From: Antechinus flavipes
Lineage: Eukaryota
DNA: 64,000 nt
Assembly (NCBI RefSeq): GCF_016432865.1
Contig: NC_067400.1
Location: 209,870,001 to 209,934,000 of the forward strand
Direction of reading: 5' to 3'
Shown here: positions 49,040 to 61,860 of the stretch, one piece after another
Layout: the number at the start of each line of letters is the position of its first letter
Numbering within the stretch: position 1 is the stretch's first letter
Translations under genes and position numbers: made by a program
The notes under the pieces: model-generated
Told to the model about the DNA's origin: nothing
What the model saw: the letters and a program-made list of their open reading frames with translations, nothing else
Database searches by the model: none

Positions 49040-50316
49040 AGTTGAACGCCGTCCTCTCCCGTGGTGCAATACGAAATCCTGCCACTCGCTGCAAAAACCT
49101 ACCTTAGCTATTGAGCATGCACAAATGAAGAGCTTTGCGCCTGCTCTGTAGCTAAGACGGGCTTTGGTGGAGAGTAGCTGTATCTTGTGGGACATTTGGC
49201 ATTTAGCTTCTCTGTGATCCGCTTGGAGTTCTCTGTAGAGTGTGATTCCTGTTTCATTCCCTGGCAAATCCCCATCCTTGAGAAGTAAAGAACTCTCTTG
49301 ATTTCACTCTTACTTCTCGCCCTCTCGTAGATCTCCTTGGGTGCACTACATTCTATGGTCAAAAAGTTGGGAGAAGCAAGGGAAAGTTGGCGCGCTTTCC
49401 TTCAGTGCTGTGAGAAACAGCGAGGCTCCGCAGCTCCAGAGGCTGACCCAACATTTAGCTGAGGCTGAGACTGGTGCGTCCCCGCGCCCCTCCGTGTCAC
49501 CGGAGCTGCTGGGCACGCGGAGCTCGCTCCAACGCTCCTTAGCGCCCAGGCCAAATCCACGCAGAGTATCCTAATTACCATTTCCAGATGGAGTGGACTG
49601 GAAGGAGGAATGCACACAGAGCACTGGGCAGGGCAGCCCCCTCTCCTTCCTTGCAGACTCCCACCACACTGAGGAGGGGCTTGCTGGAGACAGGCTTAAG
49701 TGCATGGGGCTGCTGAGAGCCAGCGACTCCAGGACACCACTGAAAGGGGGAGTGGCGCTGGCGGGACTAGCCGCCCTGGGAACGAACTCCTGTGGCCGCC
49801 TCCGACCCTTCTCCTCCTCTTTCTCCTCCTCCTCCTCCTCTTCCTTTCCTCTTAACTTTTACTTTGGTGGAAAGCTTGCGGTAGCAGCGTTAGTTAGCCG
49901 CTGTTGCTTTTCCCGACGACGGCTAGGACTCCCAGTTCCTTTTCCTTGGGAACCCTGCAAGCCCCCAGCAGCAGCCTCCACCCGCGGCTCTGCCCTAAAG
50001 TAAGCCTGTTCTGGGACTAGTTATGAACCTCCTGCTGCTGCCCCCGCTGGGGGAATTAGACAACACTGCGGAGTTTTCTGCCTCTGCGGTCGTAGCTCGG
50101 AAAAAATAGAAGCCAGTAATCACTGCTACCATCTTTGCCCTCGAGTGCCTGAGGCTGCTGGCCTCCGCCACAGGGCTTCTTCTTCTTCTTCTTTTTTTTT
50201 TTTTTTTCTCTCTCTCTCTCTTGATTCACCATCCCGGCGTACCTGGGGGTGGAGAGAATTTAGGATTCGGGTGGAGAGAGTTTGCGGACTCAGACGGCAG
50301 GGGCACCTACTTCGAG
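49040..50316 (+). promoter_or_regulatory. ARHGAP6: CpG-rich promoter / 5' leader of ARHGAP6
   Basis: Only CpG-dense, GC-rich, repeat-free stretch in an otherwise CpG-depleted window; directly upstream of the ATG; contains (CCT)n and a T/(CT)n tract at 50168-50222. The TSS cannot be placed from sequence. Confidence 0.8.
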
Positions 50317-50934
50317 ATGTCAGCGCAAAGTCTGCTCAACAGTGTCTTTTCCTGTTCTTCTCCAGGGTCCAGTGCTGCCTCTGGCAAGGGCTTGTCCAAA
50401 AGGAGATTGCGCCAGACCCGCAGCCTAGACCCTGCCATCATTCGTAACTATGGCCGAGAACCAGAGGAGGATGAGGATATTGGGGGGGCTATGTATAATA
50501 GGGTTACTTTGGGCCGAATTAGGGGAGCAGGCAGTGGGGGCAGCAGCCCCTGTACCCCCCTTTCTTCAGCTGAGTGTCTTGCAGTGTCTTCTTCTAGGGG
50601 TGCAACTCGAAGGGGTTTGCCATCTCCTGGCCCTCTGTGCTCTTCCTTCTCAACTCCCAGTACTCCTCAGGAGAAGTCACCTTCAAGCAGCTTCCACTTT
50701 GACTATGAACCAAGCTTGGGAAGAAACACCCTGAAGAGGAATATGGCCTGGGACCTGCCTTACTTCCTATCTGGGCCCAGTGGTGGACGGTCCTCTTCCA
50801 CTGCGGGCATTCTTACCTCCCCAGGTGGAAGTACCAACAGCATCTTCTCTTCTCCTCGGAGATGGCTCCAGCAGAGGAAATTACAGCCTCCACCCAACAG
50901 CAGCAATCATTCCTACATTGTGTGGAAGTCTGAG
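50317..50934 (+). CDS. ARHGAP6: ARHGAP6 (Rho GTPase-activating protein 6) first coding exon, 206 codons
   Basis: Translation [16 protein letters not shown]...[13 protein letters not shown]...[28 protein letters not shown]...MAWDLP...[10 protein letters not shown]...YIVWKSE matches the known mammalian ARHGAP6 N-terminus. ATG at 50317 has G at -3. The exon ends at KSE followed by GTAGGA (phase-0 donor), which is where I recall mammalian exon 1 ending (next exon GDFTWNS). Confidence 0.97.
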
Positions 50935-50940
50935 GTAGGA
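50932..50940 (+). promoter_or_regulatory. ARHGAP6: 5' splice donor of ARHGAP6 exon 1 (GAG|GTAGGA)
   Basis: GT at 50935-50936 immediately after the conserved KSE codons; homology stops here and the frame closes at 50967. Confidence 0.9.
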
Positions 50941-53764
50941 CCATTGGTTGGTCCCTTTGTTTCTTAATTTCTGCTGCTCATCCCTAGGAGTAAGAGGGCT
51001 CTGAAATTGTGCCTTTGGGGCATTTTTAGGGAGTTAATTTGCTGGAAGGGACTGTTCTTTGTATTCTTTCACCGTGTCTAGGTGGTGACTGTTTACTGGG
51101 ACTAGAGACCAGATGAATGGTCTTAGATGGTGAAGGGTAGGAAGTTTGTGTCTGGTTGTGGGAAGCCCCTAGTGGCCACTTTAACAGCTTGGAGTCTGGA
51201 CCAGCAGAGAGAGGTGTTTCGGTTCATAAAAGAGCTTGTTTCGAGAAATAAGGAAAGTGCTCAGGACTTTGCCTTATAGTATTTTGTTTTTCGAAATTTA
51301 AATTACTATTGTTATTCATACTCTTAGTATCTGTGAAATTTTTTTTTTTTACAATTGTACACATCTGTTATTTTTCAATTAACACATCAGAAATTAAATC
51401 AATATTTTTTTTTTATCACATTTTATCATGAAAACTCCTGAAGATAATTCCCAGGCTGGATCTGGAATAGGAATGAATGAAAACATTATATCCAGAAGTT
51501 AGTATTTTATGTTTTCTTCATTTAATGCTAGAGAATAAAATTTCTGAAAAGGTTTCTTAGATGGGTACTTTTAATAAAAGCATATTAATTATTTTGAAAA
51601 TTGTAAATTGTCACTTTGGAATAAATCAGGGAGTTTTAATAAAACAATAATGACCTATGCTTTACCAAAGTTATGCTGTTCACAGAAACCTTATGGGTTA
51701 TAGATGTGAAACAAAATACAGAATTACTTGATTTTACATAACAACAATATGAAGAAAAACTCATTATGTAAAGTTAGAAATATCAGTTTAAATTTCAAAA
51801 ACACTGGCATTACATAATTAATGAAATATTAGTTACTGTTGATATATTATTGATTTAGGGATTCATTAGTTCATCCTCCCCTTTCATTACTGTGATGTTA
51901 TTAAATACAAAGTCAATTTGTATTTGATATTAATATTTAGCTTCATAATGTGTTTTAAAAATGAAAAATTTATCCTAATATTGGTCAATATAATCACTGG
52001 TTTATCTATCCCTTTGTTATGATATTATGGGGATCCTAAGGAAAAAAAAAATTGGATCATAGACAAGGAAAATTACCTCAAATTACGAAGTCAGCATCAT
52101 AGATGATTTTAGCCAAAAGTTTTCTCAGTTTCTATCCAAGTTACAGAAATAAGTGTTATCAATAATATTTGTTGAAGAGATTTATGTTAAAGAAAACCAA
52201 CCTCTATGAAGATAAGGGCTTGATTAGATAGTCCATAGCAATAACATTTGAAAACAATTATATCACCAAAGAACTTCTGGAGGGTTTTCTTAGTAAACCC
52301 TACAATCCTTATCCTACTAACCTAAACAGAAGCAGTAAATGGTGCATAACGAAGGACTGTAGCTTCATTCAAAAGTAGGCTATAGGAAAACCTAGAAGAT
52401 TCCATTTGATTGAAAATTATATTGCTATGTATTACAATCTCATATAAAAAAATTTATATCTAAATTGTTGAAATGCCAAATAATGTTACTTTTCCAAATG
52501 AAACTCATCTGTCAAGAATTTATTCACTTTGCATATTTTTAAAATATAAAAGTGAGTACATGAGCATCCAGCAAAAGAATAAACCCTTCTCATAAAGTTT
52601 CTTGTTCTAATTTTGAAAATTAACTTTTGACCTTCCTAAGTTCTTTGTCCCTTTCATCCCTTCATTATTGAAGAGAACTTGCAGTAGTTTGGGTTGACAA
52701 TGCTACAAGTTAGTATAAATATTGGTTTCTTTAATAGTATCCTAAAGGAAATCTTGGTTCAGAAATGCAAGAATCTAGGTTTCCCTCATTGCCTTAGCCA
52801 AAATTATCCCAGACTATGGGGGCTGGGATGGGGGGAAGAGGAAGAGAAGGGATGCTGCTGCTACCATGATGTATGTGAAGGAAATCATGACTAGGTAAAA
52901 TTCTATTCTGTGTTACTGTTCATCCTTCTCTTTTTTGGACCCTTCTTGCCCCAGCTTTTATATCTATTATCTTCAAAATTGGACCATTTATTATTTCTTG
53001 CCTTACCCCTGGATTTTGTGAAGTTATAGCACTGACCTTTGAATGACCTTCTCTATTTCTCATTCGTTTTATGAAAAAGGGCATTTGTTGAACTACATCT
53101 GTTCCTCTTTGCCCAGATATATTGAGTCACCTGCTCATTCTCACCATGGACTGGCTGCCTCTTCACTTCCACAGGATTATAGGATGTCAGAGAAATATAG
53201 GAAATGTGCCATATGGGATTGGCCCATGAAAGTAGATTGGCTGGCATTAGGGCTGTGTCCCTCCACTTCAAACAAATTTCTCTTTTTTTGGAGACGTCAA
53301 CACTGCTTACCTCTCATCTGTTCCTCCATGAACATCCTATGATATGATGAAGTCTTCAGGTTCTCTTACACTGGCCAATATTTCTTTGGCTTTTTGCTTT
53401 TTATAGGGAGGATTGAAATTTCACTTACAAATCTGACTAGTTATTTTTCAAACTTTTTTAGGAAACTCTCTGGTATTATACTAAGAAGTCAAAATAAGAA
53501 GCTACTGTTTTTGAGAGTATTCTGTCTCATTGCAATTCCATGGATTTCTGTATATATTGGCCAAACCTAAAGCTTAATATCTTCATCCAAAGATAGGTCT
53601 CCTCTCATCTGGAGGTTGATTTTTGCTCTAATCATTGAGGCATACTCTGCCCTCAATGTATAACAGATGCTCACACCACATTGGTATTCTGTTCATGCAA
53701 AATACAGTTGAGTAGTCAATTCCCAAGAAAATATAGTCTTAGCTGTCCAGGGGCTGGTAAGTCA

Positions 53765-53985
53765 GTGAGGTTTAATAATAGCCAGCATTTATATAGCACT
53801 TTAAGGTTGGCAAAGTGCTTTACAAATATGATCTCATTTTAATCTCACAATCACCGAGAGGTAAATGCTATTGCTATTTTACATATGGAAAAACTGACAT
53901 AGCGATGAAGTGAATAGCCCAATGCCGTATGACTAATAGGTGTCTAAGACTATAGTTGAACTCAGGTCTTCTTGATTGAAAGTCA
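53765..53985 (-). mobile_element. MIR
   Basis: CATTTATATAGCACTTTAAGGTTGGCAAAGTGCTTTACA...GTTGAACTCAGGTCTTC. Confidence 0.8.
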
Positions 53986-54149
53986 GAGATTGCTCTGTGC
54001 ACAAAGTCACCTTGCTGTCCATATAGGTTGTGTTAAGCTTCTTCTTAGGTTATTTCTAATACTTCCCTGTATGCTTTGGTCCTCTGGGATCATAAAGGCA
54101 AAACAAATCCAGAGAAAGCATGTGATTTCTAAAAAGAATGAATGTATCA

Positions 54150-54940
54150 TTAGATATAAAGACATTATTTGCATAAATGGAATCATAAATATAATTAAAT
54201 TCAAGTTTTCTATCTGGCTGAATTAAGGGATATAGGGAAAGACTTCTTGTAGAAGATTAGATTTAGATGGAACATGAAAGAAGCTAAGGAATATAGGAAG
54301 TGATGATGAAGAGGGAGTATTCCAGAGATGGAGGGACAGTCACTGAAAATGTTCAGAGTGGGAGCTGGAGTGTCTTGTGTGAAGAACAGCAAAGAGAGAA
54401 CTTTTTCCCAAATCACAGGGTACACAAGGGGATAGTATAAGATGCAAATAGACTGGAAAAGTGCATTTGTATGGCTCCATAGGGTGCGAAAGGGGAAGGT
54501 ATTGATTATGAAAGGCTTTGAAAGCCAAATAGAGGATATTATATTTGATCCTCAAGGTAATAGGAGACCACTGACATTTATTGAATTGAGGAGGAGGGAG
54601 ATAATATGGTCATCAGTTTAATAGCTGAATAAAGGATGTACTAGAGCAGTGGTTCTCAAACTTTTGTTTTCAGTATTTTATCCTATTAAAAATTTTTGGG
54701 GATCTCTACAAAGAGTTTTTGTTTATCTGGATTATATTTATAGACATTTAACATATTGGAAATAAAAACTATTTTTGAATTTGTAGACCTTCTAAAGAGT
54801 TTCAGAGATCCCCAGGATTCTCTAGACCATACTTTGAGAACCACTGTACTAGAGTATCACGAAATTTGTGTCAGGTCAAGCAATCGGCAGGCTATTACAA
54901 TAGTTTAATTAGGAGATGATAGGGTTGTGCACCATCAGTA
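54150..54940 (-). mobile_element. L2 3' region, interrupted by a MITE
   Basis: GGGATATAGGGAAAGACTTC...GAAAGGCTTTGAAAGCCAAA...TTTGATCCTCAAGGTAATAGG...GGCTATTACAATAG. Confidence 0.8.
54647..54846 (+). mobile_element. Charlie1/MER33-type hAT MITE, copy 2 (200 bp)
   Basis: Perfect 14-bp TIRs CAGTGGTTCTCAAA / TTTGAGAACCACTG; perfect 8-bp TSD TACTAGAG (54639-54646, 54847-54854). Confidence 0.95.
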
Positions 54941-57799
54941 GAGGGACTTTCAATTTCTTACAGCAACAAAATCAGTATACCAAAAAAAAAATATTGCTAT
55001 ATAACTTAACTTCATTTCAAAATGCCACATTTGGTAATAATAATTGCTATAAAACTAAGGCATATATTAAAATAAAGTTTTCTCTTTTAAGAAATGTTTT
55101 TGGACAGATTTCCTATTGCTCTTTAACATATTGTACAACTGAATTCTTTCCATACTATCAAACGTACTTATACATAGAGTATACTAATAATAGTTTATAG
55201 AATCTGTATTAACTTACATAATATATCAGCCTTTCTTCCATGTACCATAGTATTATGGACAAAGTTCTGAAGCAGACAGATGTGCCTCAGAAGGCAACAG
55301 ATATCCTATCTCCCATATTCCCCTTTTGACCTCATTCTCCTCCTATAGGTTGTTAAAAATGAATTGCCATTTGGACTTTGATTTTCTTGTTTCTAGGATA
55401 ATGACAGGAATGTGAGTTTTTAGCAGGTCAATGCTAAACTATGTGGGACTCCAAAAATATGTACTAATAAGGAGGTTGCTTTCTGTGACCCTTCTTTGCC
55501 ATTACCTGACATCTTAATGATGAGTCAATCTAGAAACCAAAAGCTTTTAAAAGGCTAAAACTGACTAAGATTTTGAGATACCAGATGTAATAATTTATGA
55601 CTAATTTGGTGATGTTTTCTTGATAATTTTATTTTGATGGTTTCCATTTAAAACCAACCTTTGTCCACATAAAAAAGTAGTGTAATATATTTATGGAATA
55701 ACTTTTATTGTATTATTTCTGTGATTTAAAATTATTTGATAATATATTTAAGGATTTTTTGTTTTTGAGAAATTTCAAGACAAAGGTACAGTTTTGTGCT
55801 TTTTAGCCAATAAATAAACTTCTTTAAGTTAAACTGTGACTCTCCAGAAAAATGACTGATTTTTAATTTTTTTCTTATTTTGTTTGCTTTTGTGTTACCC
55901 TACAAAGTTTCTTTTTCTGTTAATTTCCCCTGCTCTTTGCCAGCTGTGTATCAGCCCCAGCTGTTGGATTGAAGAAAATATCTTTTCAATATGCTTACTA
56001 TAAAGAAGAGAAAGATCAGGTCCCAATGATGGGGATAAATCTGGCAAATGTAGTTATTGCTATGAGGAACTGAAGTAATACAGATCGGGAATGACAAAAA
56101 AGCTGGGATTGAAGAAACAAATGTGGGCACTTAAACATGCAATGGTTGGACATCAGGGGTAATCTATGTTGTCAAAGAGGTAGTGATTTGACAACAAAAA
56201 AAAGTGAGGCAGATATTTTACTCATCAATATATCCCATGATCTCAAATTAGTAAAAATACAATAGTCAAGTTACTGAGCCACAAAAAAGTAGCCTTAATA
56301 TAGACACCACCTGCATTTGTTTCTCTTAACTGAAGTTTCTAAGGTCATCTATTTGTATCTTTTATTTATAGAGCATAGCACCTTCTTGATTTAGGCATAT
56401 CACCCATGTCTCACAACTAATTCCAAAGATCTTCAGAGAGAGCTTTAGAGTGTCTTTGTTCACCTCTTCTGACTTCCATTTAACACACACATTACAGATG
56501 CATGCATATGCATGTGTCTATCCCTGTTCTTGGACTTGTTGAGCCAGAAAAATGAGATTTCAAGAGATTTCACTTGAATGAAAAATGAGATTTCACTTGA
56601 ATCAGAAAAATATAAGATATAATCAAATATACTCAATAAAGACAAAAATGCAATGATTGAAAGCTGATTCAGACCCAGGAAAGCCTGGGTTCATAGTTAA
56701 TCTGTGAACCATACTGAGCAAGTAACTTAGACTCTCAGTGTCCTTTAAGTTGTAGACTATATTGGTAGAGAGACTGAAGGACACCACCACATAAGTAGAG
56801 CAAGTTTCTATATTGCAAGTGCTACTTAGTATGTGTGTTATGCTGGAAATTCCCTTCCTCACTGCCACCACCTGAACTTTGAACGCTTTCCTGGGCTCAT
56901 TAGGTATTTACCACAATGTATTCATCATCACAAGTAAATTGAGTAGGCTTATTTATAGTTTTTAAAGCAGTCATACTTGAGAATCCAATACAAGAAACAA
57001 CCAATCACTCTTTTAGTACCTCATATGTTAATATCATTAAAATTTTCTGAGACATTCACAAAGGAGATGTCATCAGTATGTTGACCTTGCATAGTCATAA
57101 AATCAAAGATATATTCTTGTAGGAAATGATTTAACTTTGCAACCAAATGAATGGGTTTAGAGAAGCCTGGGAAGATTTATTATGAGTTGCTATACATAAT
57201 TAAGTTAGCAGCACCTGGAATGCTATTTATGTGGTAACAACATTGTAAAGGCAAACCATTTGGAGAGGTTCTTTGATTAATGTAATGATCAATCACAGTT
57301 CCAGTGGACTGATAATCTATGTTGCTCACTTCCTGAGTGAGAAAGAATAGATTTGGGATGCAGAATGAGATATACTTTTTTTTAAATGGACAATGCAGGC
57401 ATTTGCTTTGCTTGAATGTGCCTGCCCTTTAATAGGCTTTTATTTTCTTTAATAGAACTGGATGGGAAGGAGATAAAATATGTACTCGTTAATTGAAGAG
57501 AAAATTAAAATTAAAAGTGTTAGTGGAATCAACAAAGAATTATGAACTAAAATGAGACATATAAAAATAGATAAAACTAAGCATGAAAACATATCAGCTC
57601 TACTTTGGAAATTATATTTGCTTCAAGACAGGACTTCTAAAAACATTATTATCTAAAAACATAATTCACCAGGGAAGGAGGCCCTAAAAAATTCTGTACA
57701 TAAAATTACAATGAATCTAGGGGAAAAGATGGAGAATATTTAAGAAAATCATTAAGATTGCTTAAGGAGTTCTTTAACTAGCTTAAGTTTTAAAGTTGT

Positions 57800-58040
57800 T
57801 GTTCAGTTACTTTTCAGTCATTTCTGACTCTTTATGACCCCATTTGGGGTTTTCTATGCCAAGATACTAGAATAGTTTGCCATTTCCTTCTTCAGCTCAT
57901 TTTATAGATGAAGAAAGAGAGGCAAATAGGATTAAGTTAATTGACCAGGGTCAAATAGCTAGTAAGTATATGAGACAGGATTTGAACTCAGTGTTTTTCT
58001 AATTAACTCCAAACCTGGCACTCTATCCACTGTGTTACTT
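57800..58040 (-). mobile_element. Mar1-like SINE
   Basis: GTTGTTGTTCAG...GACCCCATTTGGGGTTT...GATTTGAACTCAG...CTATCCACTGTG. Confidence 0.82.
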
Positions 58041-58439
58041 AACTACCCCTGGGTTTTAAAAAGTGAGTATCAAAAATGGAATTTGAGATTTGTGATCAAA
58101 TTATAGCATAAAATGGTGCCATAGTCCTTTAAGAATAACATAGGAGGTTAAAGAAAAGAATAAAATAATATCTAAGAAGAATTAATAACAACATGGATTT
58201 CTATATCCATATTTAAAGTAAGAAGAGGAATAAGACATATATTCTCAGTTGAAGGCATAGGATCTGGAGTTAAAAATAATATGAAATAAGCATTCAATTT
58301 CTATTCTTTCTCAAGAAGAATGATGTTTAAACTATAAAAGATGAAACAAATATAATTGAGAGTACATATAACCATTTTACTGCCCTACTCAAAATCAATT
58401 ACTTTCAGCATCAAATATATAACTGTATTTTGTTTATAA

Positions 58440-58850
58440 AGCCTTTATAACCTGTTTTTTTGCAACTTCTCTAGTGTTGTTAAACTTCCCTCCACATATA
58501 TTGTGGTCTTGTCATACATAACACTAGCTTTCTTCTCTTTTCCTTTCAACTCAATTGCTTTTCACTGACTCTCCCTTTTGCTGGTAATGCTTCTAGCTTT
58601 CTTTAAGATTCAGTTGAAATTTCCTAAAGAGTTCTTTCCTGGTCCCTCCCTACTCCACTCACTGCTATTGCCTTTCCTCTCTGATTATCCTTATTTATAA
58701 TGTTTATGTCTTGTATATACATAGTTGTTTGCAGATTGTATTTCCCATTAGAAAACGAACTCTGAGGTTAACAGACCATGTGTTTGCATTTTTTTAAAAG
58801 CACAGTGCCTAGCCCATATAAGTACTTAATAAATTCTTGTTGACTGACAA
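58440..58850 (+). mobile_element. L2 3' region
   Basis: Ends CACAGTGCCTAGCCCATATAAGTACTTAATAAATTCTTGTTGACTGA. Confidence 0.75.
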
Positions 58851-61279
58851 TTATTTAGGTTGCTTCTATTTCTTAAAAAGTATAATTAATGTTTTTATAT
58901 ATATAATATGTACATATATATTTAATTGAGATCTCCTTTTTTATGAATACATCCCCAGGAATGTGATCAAAAGTAGGTTTTTTTGTGACTGTTGTTGTAA
59001 ACTTTCAGATTCCCTCCAAAAAGGTTATGCCAGAGTTTAATTTGATCAGCAATGTATACATATACCTCTTTATTCACAATCTCATGAATAAGGTATAGTG
59101 ATTTCTTTTGCTTTCTGAAATGATTTTTATTTTGAAACCACTACATGTGAGATTAATGAGATTGTCTCCCCTAGCTAATTTTTTTCTAGACTAATAAGAA
59201 TTTGTCATTGATTAAATTCCACATATATTTTGTTCCTTTCTGTCATTAAAAGTACAAGTTGTATTCAACACTTCTAAACTTACTAAACTATAATCTATAG
59301 TTCAGACTTCCTAATTTTCAGTTAGGCAGGTTAAGTTCATTTGTGCTTACATTTGATTCCCATTGCTTATTCAAGGTAACAAATTTTCTTTTATTCCTCA
59401 TTATAGATGGAATGGGAAATAGTTTTAACTAAAGTTAGATGACTTCCCCAGAACTGTATTGCAAATTGCTAAGAGACAAGCAAGATGAGAACTCACTGTC
59501 CCAAAGTTTCTATCCTGCCAGCCCACTGAGTCATGTTTCCTCCCTTGAAGATTCATAGCAGAGATCAAAGTCAGTACATTTTTCATATTGCATCACATAG
59601 CATTGCTCTAAGTCATGTAGTCTTCCCCCCAAATTGGTTTATTGAATCTGGCTCCTAATGTTAATAGAGAACGTCAATAAGCAAAGCTGTCAAAGTAGTG
59701 TTGTCAAAACACCTAGATAATAATGTGAAAGGTGATATATAGGCAGTAAATAGTCTTTCAAGGTCAAAAGATATGATCAGAGTACAAAACTAGTCTCCAG
59801 AAACCCTGAATCATAAGCTCAGTAAATGTACTAAGGATGTAGCAATAAGATGATATTTTAATTTTTATTTTTTCATTCATCCCAATAATTAAATGCAAAT
59901 TTCTTTAGCATTTTTCAAGGACTATATTCAGTTGAAAGTGAATAAGATGATACAGAAGTAGCTAAATATTTATTTCTACAGGTCTGGGCATGATTATCGT
60001 GATATTATTGCTAGGTTAAAAAAATAAAGGTGGAGTGGACCATTTTTTCTCTGAAAGATTGTTTCAATTTAGGTCTCCCCAATGGGAATTTTTAGTAAGG
60101 AACCAGTCAGCAGTAATCATTCAGTTGGCCTCTCTCTCATCTAAAAGCACTTCTTTCAGAGGAAATGTTTTTCATTCTGCTGTCTTTTCCTTCCCTCAGG
60201 AGGTATTATTTCTAATTCATAGAATAAACCATTCTGAATTATGCTTTCATAAGAAATGAGTACAATAGGAACCTTGGATAAATTATCAAAGAGACTTTCT
60301 ATTTCTACTGTTTTTGTAAGAGATGCAATCAGTTGTAGTTACTTTAAGGCCTGGGATAGACAGATGCTTATGCAAAATGCATGGAATTAAAGAGCTGAAA
60401 ACACAAGTGGAAAAATCAATATTAGAAAGTCAGCAATAGTTCCTACATATCATGAATTGCATTCTTCTAGGCAATATTAGTATTCTGCATTGACCACCAG
60501 GAAAGATTTATGTTTCCTTTTATTTTTAAAATATTCTGGCAGACATTTAGACCACAATCTTATTAGTATAATTTCTCTTGATGAGTATATATAAGGTTTT
60601 ACTTTCATCAAAGTATTCTATTTAGGGAAATCTAATCTATTTGGTGGTTGCCAGGTATAACTTGAGGATATAAGGAGGTTATTTATGTAAAAAATAAAGC
60701 AAAATAATTTCATTCAAAACATAGAGTAAGGGATTAAAAAGTTTCTGATTAAGAACAACCTTAATTTTTAAATAACCTAATTACTATATCTGTCTAAGCC
60801 AATTATCTCAGATGGTTAGAGTGTTAATGAGGAAAGAGTTGTATGTTGGATCCCTATGTAGGCCACTTATCTTCAAGTATAGAAAAGCTCTATGTCATGC
60901 CCTCCTTCATTGTAATCAGCCCTTTTGCACATTAGTGATCTTAATCACAAAGAGAACCTGGGAAAAGAGGCTACTTTCCCAAGATCCCCATATAAAGGGC
61001 TCTGTAACTTAGCCCTTCTTGTTCCATTCAATCACCACTTCTCCACAAAACCTTCCACCATCATTAAGAAGAACCAGAAGTCCAACAAACAGAAATGAAC
61101 ACCTTGGCAAATGCGCTGTCCAAGAGAACAACATCAGAAATTCTATTGTAAATTCTGAGAAAGACTGATTATATAAATGTTCTATTTATAAAGCTCTTCA
61201 TAGAGCATATCTTTGGATCATTCTATCTTGTATTAGTTTCCACTTCCGGAATATCCATTTTCTCTATTTAGGCACTACA

Positions 61280-61470
61280 CTATCAGGTAGTGTAGTGAAC
61301 AAAGTGTTGGAATTAGAATCAGGAGGACTTGGTTTAGGTTCACATACTTACTAGCTGTGTGAACCTGGATAAGACACTTAATCCCTTTGTGCCTCAGTTA
61401 TTTATATGTAAAAAATGAAGGATTGAACTTGATGGACTCTAAGGTTCTTTTCAGCTTTGCATCTGTGATG
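61280..61470 (+). mobile_element. MIR3/Ther-2-like SINE
   Basis: TTACTAGCTGTGTGAACCTGG...GCCTCAGTT...GGACTCTAAGGTTCTTTTCAGCT. Confidence 0.7.
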
Positions 61471-61554
61471 CAATGATGCTCATGTTTGTTTTATCTCCTC
61501 TTGAATCTTAAAGTCTACTCCTTATGGAGAAACCCAGTTTTTCCATTTCTCTCA

Positions 61555-61860
61555 CTTAATTAGTAAAGATTAATTAGAAACTTGTATGTTCCAGGCACTG
61601 TGCTAAGTTCTGAAGATATAAAAGTAAAAATTAAATAGTTGTGATTTGTAGGAGCTTTTATTCTGGGGAGAGGGAGGAGACACAAGCAGTTGGATAAATC
61701 AGGAAAGACCTGTATGTAAAAGTTGGGTGCTAAGATTGTGCTTAGGAAAAGAGTGTACATCATAGGCATGTGAAGAGCAAGGAGATGTCAAAAACAGGTA
61801 TAACAAGCAAGCCTGATAGTCTGGACCTTAGAGTATATGAAGAATAGTTATATGTAACAA
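61555..61860 (-). mobile_element. L2 3' fragment
   Basis: TATGTTCCAGGCACTGTGCTAAG. Confidence 0.65.

Noticed and set aside
49400-49425. REST/NRSF RE1-like motif TTCAGTGCTGTGAGAAACAGCG
   Set aside because: Both half-sites deviate from TTCAGCACC and GGACAG; too weak to call.
50145-50734. Overlapping ORFs 50145-50447 (+) and 50450-50734 (-)
   Set aside because: Alternate-frame by-products of a GC-rich exon, with no recognisable homology.
50221-50967. ORF track 248-aa product as the protein
   Set aside because: It starts at a TTG upstream of the conserved ATG and reads 10 codons into the intron; the real exon is 50317-50934.
52990-53360. Possible pseudogene or endogenous viral fragment
   Set aside because: One frame gives DWLPLHFHRI, weakly like an L2/CR1-clade C-terminal motif, but nothing supports a confident call; probably an old LINE remnant.
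56024-56075. Possible C/D-box snoRNA in intron 1
   Set aside because: The C box is imperfect (ATGATGG), C-to-D spacing is only about 50 nt and there is no terminal stem.
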